A stretch of DNA of 64,000 nucleotides from Ramazzottius varieornatus (GCA_001949185.1 BDGG01000002.1:8603990-8667989), one strand, 5' to 3'. Positions 26,153 through 38,986 are shown, numbered from the stretch's first letter. Program-made: numbers and translations. Notes: generated by a model not told the origin, from the sequence alone.

Positions 26153-27032
26153 TGTCTCGCTTTCCTCCGTCACATCCAGCGTTGGGTGTCTGAAAGCAAA
26201 CTACCTTTCTGTGTTTAGTATTCAAAAACACGTCGCACGCGTTGCGCAACGAGTTGTGTTTTACTCGATCGGACGTTTCGCCCCGAGGCAATCAGAAAGC
26301 AAGACATTCTAAATTCATGCTGGCCATTTGCAAAGGTAGCTGGTGCTGATGATTTCGAACCACTCGTATGAACAAAGCAGTAAAGCGTAACAACAGCCAC
26401 ATTCGAAGCAGCAATCAGCTTGCGCGGAGTGTACTGGCCATTTATATTTCACATGTGCCCATCACATATTGCGCTTTCCGTTCAGAAGCTATATCCGAGC
26501 AGTGTAGAAAAACTTTGCACTGGTCCTGAAAGATCGCTACGGCAAACTCAACAGATCAACGGGTAGACCAAACTCGGATGTGCAGGAAACTGTCGTCAAC
26601 TTTACTTCTGTGGGATTCTCAGCGTCTGGCTATACTGATTGATCAAAGCTATCGGAACACCAAGGATGGATTAGTGGTTATCGCTTGTTTGTACAGCCAT
26701 TTGGCTTGGACTTGATGAAGTATGGACTTATTTGGTAGCTTTGCGTCATGCATTTTGACTCTATGCAGTAAGTCATCGACTATATATGCAGAGTATGAAT
26801 AAGCAGTTGGTTCAATATTCGTAGCATACAATGCACTCGGTAGCGTGGCGCCTTGCCGAGATCCCGGTTACACTGATGACGAGATATAGGAACAAAGAAA
26901 ACATTGATGCCAAAGATATCGGCATTTGTTGCCGAGCCCGAATAGTATTCAAATCGCTGAAAAGAGGTTACGTTGTTGGGTACTCGTAGAGGTAGTGCTT
27001 GATGTGAGCAGCAGCTGTAGTAGTTCCGCTTG

Positions 27033-29460
27033 ATGCGCGTTTTCTATCCTCCGCATCGGTAAGAGCTTGAATGACTACGCATGACTAACTTCCCTTGCAG
27101 CCCACCAGTGTCCAACGGTGGATACAATTGGTTTAACGTACTGCAAAAATTCGCTGCATCCGCGCAGTACGACATCACACACGTGAAGTACAGCCCCGGT
27201 CCGGCTTTACTGCTTGTTCAACCCCCTACGGGGGGTGGATCGTCACGTACGTGTACGTACTACGCGGACGCCGCGAATTATCACACTAAGTGAATCAGTC
27301 TATTGTAGGCCTGTGGGTTGGCGGCGGCAGCGGTCAGATCAGTCAACTGCAGAGCAGCAACAATGACAACGCCAACAATTGTCGACCGGAATTCCGGCGC
27401 TTCGGTGATGAAGCCTGCTTGGCCAATATCCTGAATTTGGTCAACAACGAGAGTGCCTTCTGGTTTGGAAGAGATCTCGAGTCGCGCTGTGATAGCAGTC
27501 AACTTGCCGATATCAACGACGCCAACTGCTACCTGCCGGGAGCCAATAACGGACCTCGCAGATATTCCATCCTACAACGGTTATTCACCGTCCCTCCAAC
27601 GTTAACCAAACTGGACCCTTACTTAACAGTAACCTACGCTACTGCGGCAGGTACAGTATGTCTGGCCCAATGTACGGGAAATGAGACGTAGCACAGCTGC
27701 TGTGTCTTTGCAGGTAACTATACGGCATGTGGCGGCGACTTCTTTGTTGCAAGGCGCGGTGTGGACGGCAACCCCGACAACCCCGTCACGCCATGGTTGA
27801 TCAGGGACGCCCCGACCTTCACCCTACAGGTGGAACCAGGGAAGTACTACACCATAGTGACAATGGACGCTGTGTCCGGCGATGTCCTTGGGGTAGTGAT
27901 AAATTACCCCATCCCTGAGGTACGGTGGATTGTTTTCATTCTAACACAGCCAAGATGAAAACTATAGGTCGGGATTATTTTCGGACCAGGAAGTGTCCGG
28001 GTATCGTCCGCCCTACAATGCCCGCAACTACACCGTGCCCGTTGTCTTTCTGGTGTACCGGCAGCCATCCGGAAATATGCAGATTAGCTCGAGGTGGATC
28101 AATGCCATGTCCAACCGCGGCTCGGGCAACCAGTTCGACCTGGCTAGTTTCGCGCAGGATCAGCAGTTAACGGGCCCCATCAGCATGAACCTGATGCGAG
28201 TGGATAAAGACCCCTGGGCGGCGCAACAGAAGATCGAGACTGGACAAGGACCTAACTTTTGCGCTTATATCGTCCGCGAAGGTACGGCCCATGAATGCGC
28301 GTCAGTCGTTGACACTGTTGAAAAGTTAAAAAAGATTATGTGTCGTAGCTCTGAAGAAATGGCCATTTGAGTTTATCCAGAATATGGATTCGACGAGTAT
28401 GGACAGTTTTCTGACAGTGACGTTTAGCTCACCGGCGTCCTCCTTTAGTGTTTGCTGCGCTGACTTCACATACAGGTAAGTTTCTTGGTACGGGAAAGAC
28501 CCACCTTTCGGAAGTCCATGGCGTGGGAAGAAGGCTGTCTTTCCATCAGAGACTCCTCGCTGAAGGCGAACCCACTGAACGATGCCTACGTTGGGGCTAT
28601 TCATGTTCGCGACCAGCCTAGCATTCGAGTGACAAGAGCCAACGGAGTAGGCACAGGTACTTACAGCCTTAAGAGTGGTCCGAACCGCAAAGCACGAAAC
28701 TGAGGGGACATTGATCCTTGTTAGATCGCCTTTACACCATCATTGGAGTCGATCCGACCAATCCCAAGAATGCGCTGTCCACTCCAGAACGTCCCTATCT
28801 CCTATGGCTGGCCATCAATATTCGCGAAGCCGACGGAGGGCTGGTTCAAGCAGTCAACACAGTGCTGACTTACGCACCAACTATCCCGGCCCCCCAGTCC
28901 CCTCCCCACACCCTGTTCTTCTTTCTCTATGAACAAACTAAAGGGCCGATCAGCGAAGCGCAATCCATTGACTTGCAACAGCGCTACACCGACCCTTTAT
29001 GCGCCGACTACGTCTTGGGAAGGTTAAGTGCCCAGTGCAAACATACAATGATCCAACCAGATGCTAATTGAAACCTGTCCCAGACTAACTCATTTGCCAG
29101 TATGTTCCTTTTCCTAATTTCTTTTTTCTATTTCCGGTTGGTTTCAGGTGTCTGTTCCGTATCGCTAACTTTACCGCAGACTACAACATGACCTTGCGCG
29201 CGGCAAGTTGGGTGACGACGGTCAACGACGCCTTCGCTCGGTACTGGATGATCAAAAGTGGGCAACTCGAATGGGACATCTGTACGGGACAACCCGACTA
29301 CCGGATACCCTGCCTGAGGCCGGGCCAACTGGCCATTGCACGTGTAACGGATGTCAGCCCAGCATGCAGGCTCTCGGCCTCTTTTGTCGGCAAATTCTTT
29401 GTAATGCATATTCTGACTACATCGATCGCCTTATGGCGTGCTAGCTACTCCTCAATATAG
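27033..29460 (+). CDS. Multi-exon protein with two tandem PEBP-like domains and a hydrophobic C-terminus
   Basis: Domain 1: P(T)FTL..GKYYTIVTMD..GYRPPY..VFLVYRQ..FDLASFAQDQQLTGPI. Domain 2: LYTIIGVDP..PYLLWLAINI..LTYAPTIP..HTLFFFLYEQ..FRIANFTADYNMT. GT-AG introns; 5' end uncertain. Confidence 0.75.
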
Positions 29461-29479
29461 CCACCCTTTGTTAGTACTG

Positions 29480-30050
29480 TAGTAACAGGTTGAAGGTCTT
29501 TGTCGATCCAGGAAGATACCGCATCTGCGGAAAACAACAGCGTCTTGAAGCTCCCATCAAATGCACAGGTTCTGCTTCGCAGACCTAGATATACTTTAGA
29601 TTTTATCTCCAGTCGTTCGCCATGCGAGTTAGAAGTGACTTTATTCGTGAAAATTATCTTTCCGAACATGCTCGGATTACTGCTAGCGTACTGTTCGAGG
29701 TAAGAGAGGCACCATTTTACGTGATTTTCCATACGAGAAGGTGTGAGCCCGTTCAGTATACCTCTGCATCGTCGGATGTAATTTTCGTGGAGTCGGTTGA
29801 GCAAGGTTCGGTGATTCATTTCAAGCTCGGACGGAATTTCCACACCGCTCAGTTTGGCTCCCACAAAGCTCAGGTCTCCTGAGATCCTAATCTTGTTCCG
29901 GAGGGGTAATCTCAAGTCGTTCTCGGACTTTCTTCACTCTCCTCCCGGAGTCTTCGGATTCTAGTAGTGTAGCACGTCGCAGACCCATGAGCGCTAGTTT
30001 TGATCCTCCTCGCAGCACTAGTTGTGCCTTTGTTACAGTTTTCTTCTCTA
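29480..30050 (-). mobile_element. Degenerate Tc1-like transposase fragment
   Basis: NRLHENYIRR..LTPSRMENHVKWCLSYL..FGKIIFTNKV resembles Tc1 'LT...R..W.....W..VIFSDE'; frameshifted. Confidence 0.6.
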
Positions 30051-30829
30051 ACATTGGTCACTAAAGTTAGATCGAATTCAATTTTGGTTAACGTGTGCTG
30101 TCTACTACTTCCCCATCCCACCACACCTTCCTTCCTTCCATCCCGCCCGCGTAAGCCCACGCTGTTTTACCTTGTTACATTTCATTAGGCTTTTCGTTCA
30201 CGATGTCGGGGCTCCCTATCTTTACTTCCTACTCTCTGTATGTTGAACATAGCCTACATTCTTCTCGACGATAGTGGATGCCTTGAGCAAACTTGATTTC
30301 ATTCGTTTTGTTCTTGTGACGCTACACGAGAGTACTTTTCTCCCACTCGCCCTCCCTACATTTCCTGTACCGGTTCCGCGCTCAGTAAAGGGGGCATTCG
30401 GTTTCGCGTCGCATCCGAATCACGAGTGCCTCCATTCTGGCAAAGTCACTTCCGCGCTCGTCTAGCAAAGCACACGCTAGTTAGTTCAAAGTCAACGCTG
30501 CCATATCTGGATCAATAGCCCTACCGAGTGTCGTCGTCGGTTGAACTCGTCTACGGCTCTGTAGAAGTCTTAATTCTAGCACGCGAAGAAGCAAATGCAA
30601 ATGGAGTACCAATGTATTCACATCGATCAGTCGCCAATCAAGTGGTCTTTGACTGGCTGAACAGGACTTATTGGCTTAACAGAGCCTATCCATCTTACCT
30701 ACATTAAACGGTTAAATTTTGCGTGGACAGTACTACCCTGCTCCATCAGTCCAAAATATGATGTTTTGATTTTCGGTACTATGACCGTCCCATAAGCGAA
30801 AGTTCGATCCATTCGACAATCGACACAGG

Positions 30830-31104
30830 CCGCGTCGGCCCTGGATTGACTGTTTTGCGGTTCAAAATTCGTCATCGACCCAAGGAACAGCTAAAACTAC
30901 GCACCGGCTTGCACTCGGGACCGATGGTCGCGATTGGCCTGACAATGCCACGTTACTGTCTGTGGGTTAGCGGGTCACTTCAATTACTCGGAAATCAGTT
31001 TGGAGTCTTAACTAATTCCAGGTCTGGTAAGACAGCGAATACGCCAAATAAAATGGAAAGTAACGAACAAGCGCTGCGCATCCATGTCAATGTAAGGAAC
31101 AGAT
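30830..31104 (+). pseudogene. Guanylyl cyclase catalytic-domain fragment (degenerate, with intron), cut by the assembly gap
   Basis: [34 protein letters not shown]|.[22 protein letters not shown] short deletion in the GVVG motif and substitutions in GDTVNTASRMES. Confidence 0.8.
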
Positions 31105-31552
31105 NNNNNNNNNNNNNNNNNNNNNNNNNNNNNNNNNNNNNNNNNNNNNNNNNNNNNNNNNNNNNNNNNNNNNNNNNNNNNNNNNNNNNNNNNNNNNNNN
31201 NNNNNNNNNNNNNNNNNNNNNNNNNNNNNNNNNNNNNNNNNNNNNNNNNNNNNNNNNNNNNNNNNNNNNNNNNNNNNNNNNNNNNNNNNNNNNNNNNNNN
31301 NNNNNNNNNNNNNNNNNNNNNNNNNNNNNNNNNNNNNNNNNNNNNNNNNNNNNNNNNNNNNNNNNNNNNNNNNNNNNNNNNNNNNNNNNNNNNNNNNNNN
31401 NNNNNNNNNNNNNNNNNNNNNNNNNNNNNNNNNNNNNNNNNNNNNNNNNNNNNNNNNNNNNNNNNNNNNNNNNNNNNNNNNNNNNNNNNNNNNNNNNNNN
31501 NNNNNNNNNNNNNNNNNNNNNNNNNNNNNNNNNNNNNNNNNNNNNNNNNNNN
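31105..31552. other. Assembly gap (448 N)
   Basis: Run of N. Confidence 1.
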
Positions 31553-31617
31553 GGATGGCTAAGTGGTGCGAGTGCTTGACATGTAGGCAGCATGTGGGGT
31601 TCGACTCCCCATCCGTC
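31553..31617 (+). ncRNA. tRNA-like sequence (pseudo-tRNA or tRNA-derived SINE head), 5' end lost in the gap
   Basis: A-box TGGCTAAGTGG, B-box/T-arm GGGG-TTCGACT-CCCC, stem TGCTT/AGGCA around the non-canonical loop GA-CAT-GT, and acceptor pairing GGAT/ATCC. Confidence 0.55.
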
Positions 31618-33389
31618 TACTTTTAACTGCTGCTTCGTGATGAAGAGTTTTTGTGGAAAATATCCACGGTCTGGCTATCAAAGTAAGCGAACCAATCTGT
31701 TCCTTACATCAGCATTGAATTCAAAGAGCTTTTGGACGAGTTTGTTTCTTCGAACTGGCAGCTTGTGGGAACATTGCGGTCAAGGTTTAGTTTTTTCGAA
31801 TTATGCAAGTTGATGAGTAGGAGTGGGTGTAAAGTAATTCCAGCCAGCTCGTTCGAAATCCGTGCAATATTCTTCGACTTCGGAAAACGAGAATCATTCA
31901 GAGTTGACGACGCTGCTCGCTATGCCGCACAGCCGAACGCCTGTCACTTCATTACACCCGTTAGGTGTAATGGATGTGTCATAGAATTTTCGCCCTTAGC
32001 TTGGCAGACACTGTGATGAATGTTTGACAGACCTCAAATTGAAACCGTAAAATTTTGTACGGACTTCGGACGAGCTGACTGTATTGACAGTACGAAGATG
32101 GCTCATTCATTTTTCCGGGTACAATCACTTTGATTAGTTATGGCCAATGACAGTGACTGTAAAGAACTAATGACGACTTGGTGGCTGACAGGATAGCGCC
32201 GACGAGCGGAAACCGCGCCTGTTGTAGCCGGAATTAGCAAAATAACTGCCTGCATCACAAATCAACCTCTGAAAGTGTATTAAGCTTTTGCCAGAGGCAT
32301 GTTTTCGCGGTGATGCAAATTCCATAAGTAAAAGCAATAAAAGCGATTGGTTGGCTGCTGTAGGCGAGCAGCACATCTGGTGTGTGATGCTCCGTTTGGT
32401 AAGTGGGAATAGTTCTTCAAATATAGGCCCTTTTATTGTGAAAGTAGGCTTGCAATGTAGGCTCTTTTATTCAGAAGGATCGCAATATTACACCCATAGT
32501 TCCGGGGTGGAACTGCTACACTGTAGCGTTTTCAGATATGGGTGTCGGCGGCCCAATACCAACACAATGGACGCTTAGTTGAAATGTTCAGGAATCGAGT
32601 TTGAAGTTTTGGGTTTCCAAGGGAGAATTTGAACTACTAATGCAGTCAGGTGTAACAGACATGGAGGAAAACGATGCTTGAGTTCATTCGACCGTCTGAC
32701 CAGTGGTCAAGCGACCAAGTCAGAAAACTCTGAAGAGATTCGAAATGTTGAGTTAAATTTTTTGACGTCACGAGGACATCATACAGCGTGAGAATGCGGC
32801 TGCATCTGTTCGGACGCGAAACCTCCCAAGTGAGGGTATCTCAGCTGGTCATCACCCCCAGAATTTTCGGGAAAATCTTCCGAAAATGGCGAACATTTTT
32901 CCTAGACTTTGAACCAGGGCGAGGTGCGGCAACTGCGGCTCATGATTTCCCTGAACATTGCCATTAACTTGATATCATAAAAGGACAATTTGGAAGCAAA
33001 ATCCATTGTGTTGGTGTGGGGCCGCCGAAGCTCATATTTCGACGTCTTCACATCCCCGGTGCATCCACGGGAGTGTCCTTCTCCAAGCTATCCTCATAAG
33101 CTCGGTCATTGGCGTCATCGGTTGGTCCAATCGACCGAACCTATCATTCCTGAAGGTAGCTAGACCATAGGCACAGCTGAAGTGCCCTTAATTTGTCTTA
33201 ATTTGACGATTGGCTTTCTTCTCTAAGCTGGAAGACAAGGAAATTATAGGTCGCGTTTGTGCACGGAGGTTTGCTCCCCTTTTAACATCGGAAGCTTTTA
33301 GCATTCGGGCTATTAAGGCCCATAATTTTAACATTCTCCATCGCAGCCTATCAGAGTTCACTTCTGTGAGATTCCTTTCAGACTTTAAG

Positions 33390-34424
33390 ATGTTGCTCAA
33401 CGATTCGGTCAATCAGCCCATCAACCGTACACTCAACTCATCCAGTCAGACGTTTTCGACCGTTGGTCTAGTCTGGTCTTCCACGTCTTATCTGTCGGTG
33501 TGTATTCTGACAACCGCACTGCTCACGAACTGCAGTGTAATCCTTCTCTTCATCAAGAACCCCACCCTTCGTTCACCGTTTGCTGTCTACATCATCAACC
33601 TGTTCGTAGCTAATCTATTCCAGCTAACCCTCCATTACCCCCTGGAAATACTTCACGAGCTGTACGCCAGGTGGTGGATGGGTCGTACGGTCTGCACACT
33701 GTTCCTCTACAGCACATGGGTGATCCAAGCGGCCATGTGTAATGCCCATGCATTGATCGCCCTCAACCGACTTTGGGCCATCACCTTTCCCCACTCTTAT
33801 CGACACCGACATTCGAAGCGTCTAGCTATCGGGCTATGTGTTAGCGTCTGGTTGTACCTGCATGCTTGTCTTCTTCCGGGACTTATAATCAACACTCGGT
33901 ATTACGAAGAATCGCTAGAAACCAGTGTATGCGAAGTGAAGACGGCAAAGCAGAAGACTTGGTCGTGCATTGTCCAGGCAATTGCTTATGACCTACCAAC
34001 GTTGGTCGTATTTTCGGTATACTCAACCGTATGTATTTGGCTGTGTCTAAGAAGGAAAGCACGACAAGTCAAGCACGAAACCGTATCGAAGAACATCAGG
34101 CAAATGGCTAGCCATATGGACGTCTCACAGGTGCCACATCACAGTCCGGGCATGGCCAGCGGCAGAGATAAAGGGCGTGGCAAAGGAACGTCCAGCCACG
34201 GGTTTCTCATACTGACGCTGATGACCTTCTGTGTGCTGTCATGTTATACTCCGCTACAGCTGGCCTATACCGTGGGTATCTACTTTGAGACAGCTATACC
34301 TGGCCTGTACAGACCGGCAGCGGTCTTGTACGAACTCATCACGGTTATCGACCCGATACTTTTCGTCCTTGCCCTCTCTGACCTTCGAAAGGCGTTCCGC
34401 AGAACTTACTTACATTGCCGCTAG
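33390..34424 (+). CDS. Intronless class-A GPCR
   Basis: 7 TM segments; LRSPFAVYIINLFVAN, WWMGRTVC, ALNRLWA, CYTP, DPILF. First ATG at 33390. Confidence 0.87.
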   Translation: MLLNDSVNQPINRTLNSSSQTFSTVGLVWSSTSYLSVCILTTALLTNCSVILLFIKNPTLRSPFAVYIINLFVANLFQLTLHYPLEILHELYARWWMGRTVCTLFLYSTWVIQAAMCNAHALIALNRLWAITFPHSYRHRHSKRLAIGLCVSVWLYLHACLLPGLIINTRYYEESLETSVCEVKTAKQKTWSCIVQAIAYDLPTLVVFSVYSTVCIWLCLRRKARQVKHETVSKNIRQMASHMDVSQVPHHSPGMASGRDKGRGKGTSSHGFLILTLMTFCVLSCYTPLQLAYTVGIYFETAIPGLYRPAAVLYELITVIDPILFVLALSDLRKAFRRTYLHCR

Positions 34425-34876
34425 TCAGCCCCACTCGTTTCGTCAATTTGACGTGAGTTCCCTTCCATCACGTAGGATCTTTCTCGCTTATTTCGAGATT
34501 TTTTGTGATTTTTCTCAGCATGGGGATGTCAGTGCAGAATTATCCGCAGGTACGGAAACGTATCATCTGCTACGCATTGTGATTTTCTGACTTGATCAGT
34601 TGATTTCGCTGAGTTGCCGACTTCAGAAAAAATCCCGATTCATTTGCGAGACGTGCGTTCTCATGCAATGAAGTGACGCTGCTTGGTGCTGTCCCAATTT
34701 CGAGGTCGATGGGTTTTTCAACTGAACTATTGGCTCTTGAAGTTCCGCCCATCCAACTTAGCCGGTTGAATTAATTGATATTTGCCGCATTGGAGCAACC
34801 ATCAACCAAGATCATATTTCGTGCGTGAGATTTGTGAGTGGAAAACTTTAGAGCAGGAATCAAGAACTCGACAGGG

Positions 34877-35060
34877 CTGGTTGGTGTCATGTTCTGCTGA
34901 ACTCCCATCATGGTCTACTTCACCATGGTCCTTGCGGACCCCAGTTCTGACAATTACCTGCAATTTATCTTCGGCTCATTGTTGTATTCCCTGAACTCTT
35001 TACCTGACCCTTTATTTTTTTTCTATGGCCATCGCTCCCTTACGCGCCACTGTTTACAAA
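34877..35060 (+). pseudogene. GPCR TM6-TM7 fragment duplicated from the 37542-38986 gene type
   Basis: GVMFC*TPIMVYFTMVLADPSSDNYLQFIFGSLLYSLNSLPDPLFF vs GVVFCWTPIMVYFTIVIVDPNYDSYPHFIIGSLLYFSNSFLDPIFF. Confidence 0.8.
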
Positions 35061-35835
35061 ATGTTGACCTGTCTAATGCCGAGGTCACTATGGAGCGGCT
35101 CTTGGCTTACGGCTAGTGTATGCTTGCCACAGTTTTGCTGCCTTGTTTTTTCAGCATTCCCGGTTCGCTCTCAGACACAGCGTTAACCTTGGTACGCGTT
35201 GTATGTACATGGAAAGGATGGTGTTCGAAAGGGGAATGCGAGGATCCCACAGTATGGGTTAAATTGTAGAAAGAATGATAGGACAATAGGTGACTGTCGG
35301 AGAAGCCGATCAGGTTCATGCGAGGGTTGATCACGTGCGTCTGAAGTCTCGCTAGAGGAATGGAAAATAAGGAAGTGGCTGAACAGTTATCCGCAATAAA
35401 AGCACTTTATTACGTACTACTATCACCTTATTATTACTTTATCGAGGCACTTTTTGGGCACCGGTGCCTGATAAGCGGACATCGCTTCGTGACTGCTGTG
35501 ACTTGTAAGCAGGTCCACTGGCCGTAAGAAAGATTTTCACGCGCGAAAACATGTCACTCTCACCGGCCTAAAATTTCTGCACAAACATTCGCTGATAATG
35601 TTAAACTGCGCAAGTAATTACATATCTTCCATCGACTACTATACCACAGCAGTGCTAGATGATAATAGGCTTCGATTTTACTGAAACCGTCCACGTTACG
35701 GTACAAATCTTCAGGCTTCATGGTACCGATGACACCGCGACCAGGACAGCAAACCGAAGGGTCACGGTAAACCTCCGCGCAGTCCAATTAGACATCAACT
35801 TGGTCGATATCAGTTGACACAGTATGGTTTACGTA

Positions 35836-35982
35836 CACGCATGATAGGAAATTATGGGATTGGCGGAAAGGACGGCAAAATGGAAATTCGGCCGTAGAAA
35901 AGTGTCGATAAGTGTATTACTGTGAATCGGTCGCGTACGCACGTAGCGAAAAGGCCTGTCTTATAATTTTCCATCGTGCGTG
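35836..35982. mobile_element. TA-flanked MITE (same family as 54410-54602)
   Basis: TA-CACGCATGATAGG ... CCATCGTGCGTG-TA; shared core GCGGAAAGGACGGCAAAATGGAAA. Confidence 0.8.
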
Positions 35983-36308
35983 TAGCAAAATTAAATTGTC
36001 GCAACATGATCGAGACAAGCGAAGCGACCTCATCGAATGTCACCGTAACATGAGCAAATATGAACCCCTGGTTCTTTTGTGGCTAACCGGACAGATTTCC
36101 AGTCAGGCACCCTGTGCAGGCACTAGCAAACGTCGGAAGTACCAGAAAACCGAAGCTTCGGTTTCCAACATGTCCTACAGCTCTCGTTTTACACAAAGAC
36201 ATGTGGACGCAATCACACGGCGATGCAGTTGGCGTTGGACTGTAGAAGGGCTGTTTCGCCACTCAATTGTCTAAATTGTCCATTTGTCTCAATTGTCTTG
36301 CCCGAACT

Positions 36309-37144
36309 TAGAGACGTCATCCTGTCAGATTTTTTAAAAAGGACAGGATAGCAACAAAACAAGAAATCAGGACACGACAGGACACGACAGGACACGACAG
36401 GACACGACAGGACAGAAACAGGGAACCCAAAAAAAAAGTTTTTCGAAAAAACCTCTTCATAAAATCATGAAGCAGTTACTCTGTTCAGAAAGCAGGAATA
36501 GTTTCGTGCCCCATGACGAACAATTTCTATTCCGTGGATTCTTACTGTTTTTTCATTAGAAAAGAAACATGGATTACTGGGGAGAAAGTTACGATACAAA
36601 ACTCAGTTTGCCAGTGCGAGGGAAAGGTTGTAAAGTAAGCCGACGCATGCCGGGTTGGCAAAGTTAGCCGTCCAAGTTCGTCTGTTCTTTCCTACTTGAT
36701 CCCAAACGTTTATGGATAGGTCGATAGATAAATTGATGGCTGTTGGATGGGATTAGGCACGGTCAACGTGAGGATTCAGAGAATCCTAGAGATCCGCGAT
36801 TAAGCAAACATTAAATCCCATGTTAAAAAGCCAAGACAGACAATCAAATAGTCAATCAAGCGATAGACGCTTCAGCCGTGGCTAACGTTACAAACCCGGT
36901 ATGGGGTGGCTAAATTTACAACCTTTACCTCGTGAATATGTTTTGAGTGAAAGCTACGAAATCATCTCAGCTACGATAGTCTAGCTCACATCAGTATGCA
37001 TTACTGTCCTTGAAATAAATATTCCTGAAAGTCAATTTGCTACCTGTTTCCTGTTTTCCTGTCCTGTCGGGGTCGACCAGATAGGACAGGAACAGGGCAG
37101 GACGCACGAAAAGAGAAAGACAAGATGACAGGTTGACATCCCTA
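36309..37144. mobile_element. hAT-type non-autonomous element with GACAG subterminal repeats
   Basis: TIR TAGAGACGTCATCCTGTC / GACAGGTTGACATCCCTA; 8-bp TSD CCCGAACT / CCGGAACT; (GACACGACAG)x4 at 36371-36410. Confidence 0.85.
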
Positions 37145-37541
37145 CCGGAACTTCCTGAAGAACTCATCAGTGCACTGTTACCGCAATATACCGTTCTGAG
37201 TTCACTAGCGCTAAAGCCTATTCGTTCCCGGAACATTCTACCATTGCAATTATTGAGTTACGAGCAGCGAAGCTGCAGTTTCTATTAGTTAGCACACGCT
37301 GGGCGATCCAGCTTGATTTTTATGGTTGTAAATGCCGAGCAGATTTGGGCGGCCCTACTCTAGACTTCCGATTCTTAACTGGAGTCGCGGTTTACTAATG
37401 TCCGGTCGGATGTATTGTACATTGCCAGTTTAGACGAGCCCTGCTTCCATCACTTCACTAAGACGTACCCCGTACATTCGCACTGCCGCTCGAAAGCGTC
37501 ACGGAGCTCATTTTTTAGCTAGAAATCTGTTCTTTGCCAAA

Positions 37542-38986
37542 ATGAATTTCACTTGTGATCCGATTTTGCCAATGTTTAATGGTTCAACCAACTTACCCAA
37601 CAAGTCGAGCGACCATTTGTCTGTCTACAGCAGAATTTACGACAGTTTCAACGACGCGGTGCCGTACGCCATGTCCATCTTGTGCGTCGCCATTAGCTGC
37701 TCGAACGCTTTGGTATTATCGGCCTTCGTCATCAACAAGCAGCTGCGAACTCCTTTCAGCGTGTACCTTATCAACCTCCTCGTCTCCGACCTTGCCCAGA
37801 GCCTACTGGACCTGCCCTTCACGACCATGGGCGGCTTTCTGCCAGTCTGGCCTTTGGGCCGAAAGGCTTGTAACTTTAGCCTGTATGGCAAGTGGGTGTA
37901 TTCGGCTGTCGTTCGTAATACGCATTCCCTGATTAGTTTTAACCGTGTCTGGGCCTTGTTCTTTCCCATTCACTACAAGCAAAACCATACAAATGCGACT
38001 GCGATTTGGCTCTGTGTGGCAACTTGGGTCTACGTCCACATTTGGCTGCTGCCAGGTTTAATTCCCGATGACTTGTACTATCGACTGGACGACGGCTCCT
38101 GTCAGGTCAATACAACCGCCAACCCAACATGGGCGTTACCGACACAGATTGTCTTGTACAATTCTTCCGTCTTCGTCGTCGCCATTACATATCCGGCCAT
38201 CTGGTGGAAGGTAGGTGTACGAGCCAGGATGAAGACGGAATTTATGCATGTTAGACGTGACCGCTCCGGTCTTTCCCGTGCTTGTTGGCGTGGTGGCGAC
38301 CATTCCTGTTCTAAACACACCGTCTGTCCCAGAACTTGAACACTATTTCCGTGAATAAGAGTTACGTGACTATAAGTTTGGGTACTGTCGAACAATCTAC
38401 TCTTATCCAGCAGACGTCTCGATAGGTTCACCAGCGCAGGAAAACTATGCCCGTCTCAGATCACCGACAGATGGCGCCACGTCGCCGACACACCCCAAGC
38501 ACTGCAACCATGACATTTGGGGCTGGACCGACATCATACCTACCTACTGGAGCTCCGTCCAACTTGCAGCCGTCAACAGGAAAGACTGACACGGCAGCTG
38601 CCGATGGTGTAGCAGACCGTAATGCCCAAGGAATCGTCGAGGTAGCGCATAGATTGTCAGCAAACAGCAACGCGGTTACGGCAGCCCAACGTCGTTCCCT
38701 TCACCGTCGGCGTGTCACAGGTAACCGGTCGGAGAGCTTTGCCGTATTGACCTACCTGGTTTTCGGTGTTGTATTTTGCTGGACTCCTATCATGGTCTAC
38801 TTCACTATTGTCATCGTGGACCCCAATTACGACAGTTACCCGCATTTTATCATCGGTTCATTGTTGTATTTTTCAAACTCGTTTCTCGATCCAATATTTT
38901 TCACCTTAGCCGTTACTCCTTTGAGAGCCACAGTCCATCGGATCGTGCATCGTATCGTACCGGCATCTCTAAGGCGCTGCTGCTAG
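37542..38986 (+). CDS. Class-A GPCR with long ICL3 (exons 37542-38210, 38426-38986)
   Basis: LRTPFSVYLINLLVSD, WPLGRKAC, FNRVWA, CWTP, DPIFF; phase-0 intron AAG|GTAGGT...GATAG|GTT. Confidence 0.87.

Larger units (their letters stand above)
35545..37236. repeat. Dispersed repeat copy B (inverted relative to 5495-6085), interrupted by nested MITEs
   Basis: Three colinear blocks of similarity to copy A, separated by insertions. Confidence 0.75.

Noticed and set aside
30846-31593. Long ORFs of 238 and 168 aa
   Set aside because: Artefacts of the N gap.
33210-33389. 5' extension of the GPCR ORF in the supplied track
   Set aside because: It starts at TTG; the first ATG is at 33390, just after a likely splice acceptor.
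36371-36410. 10-bp tandem repeat x4, considered as CRISPR-like
   Set aside because: No spacers, eukaryotic context; these are subterminal repeats of the hAT-type element.
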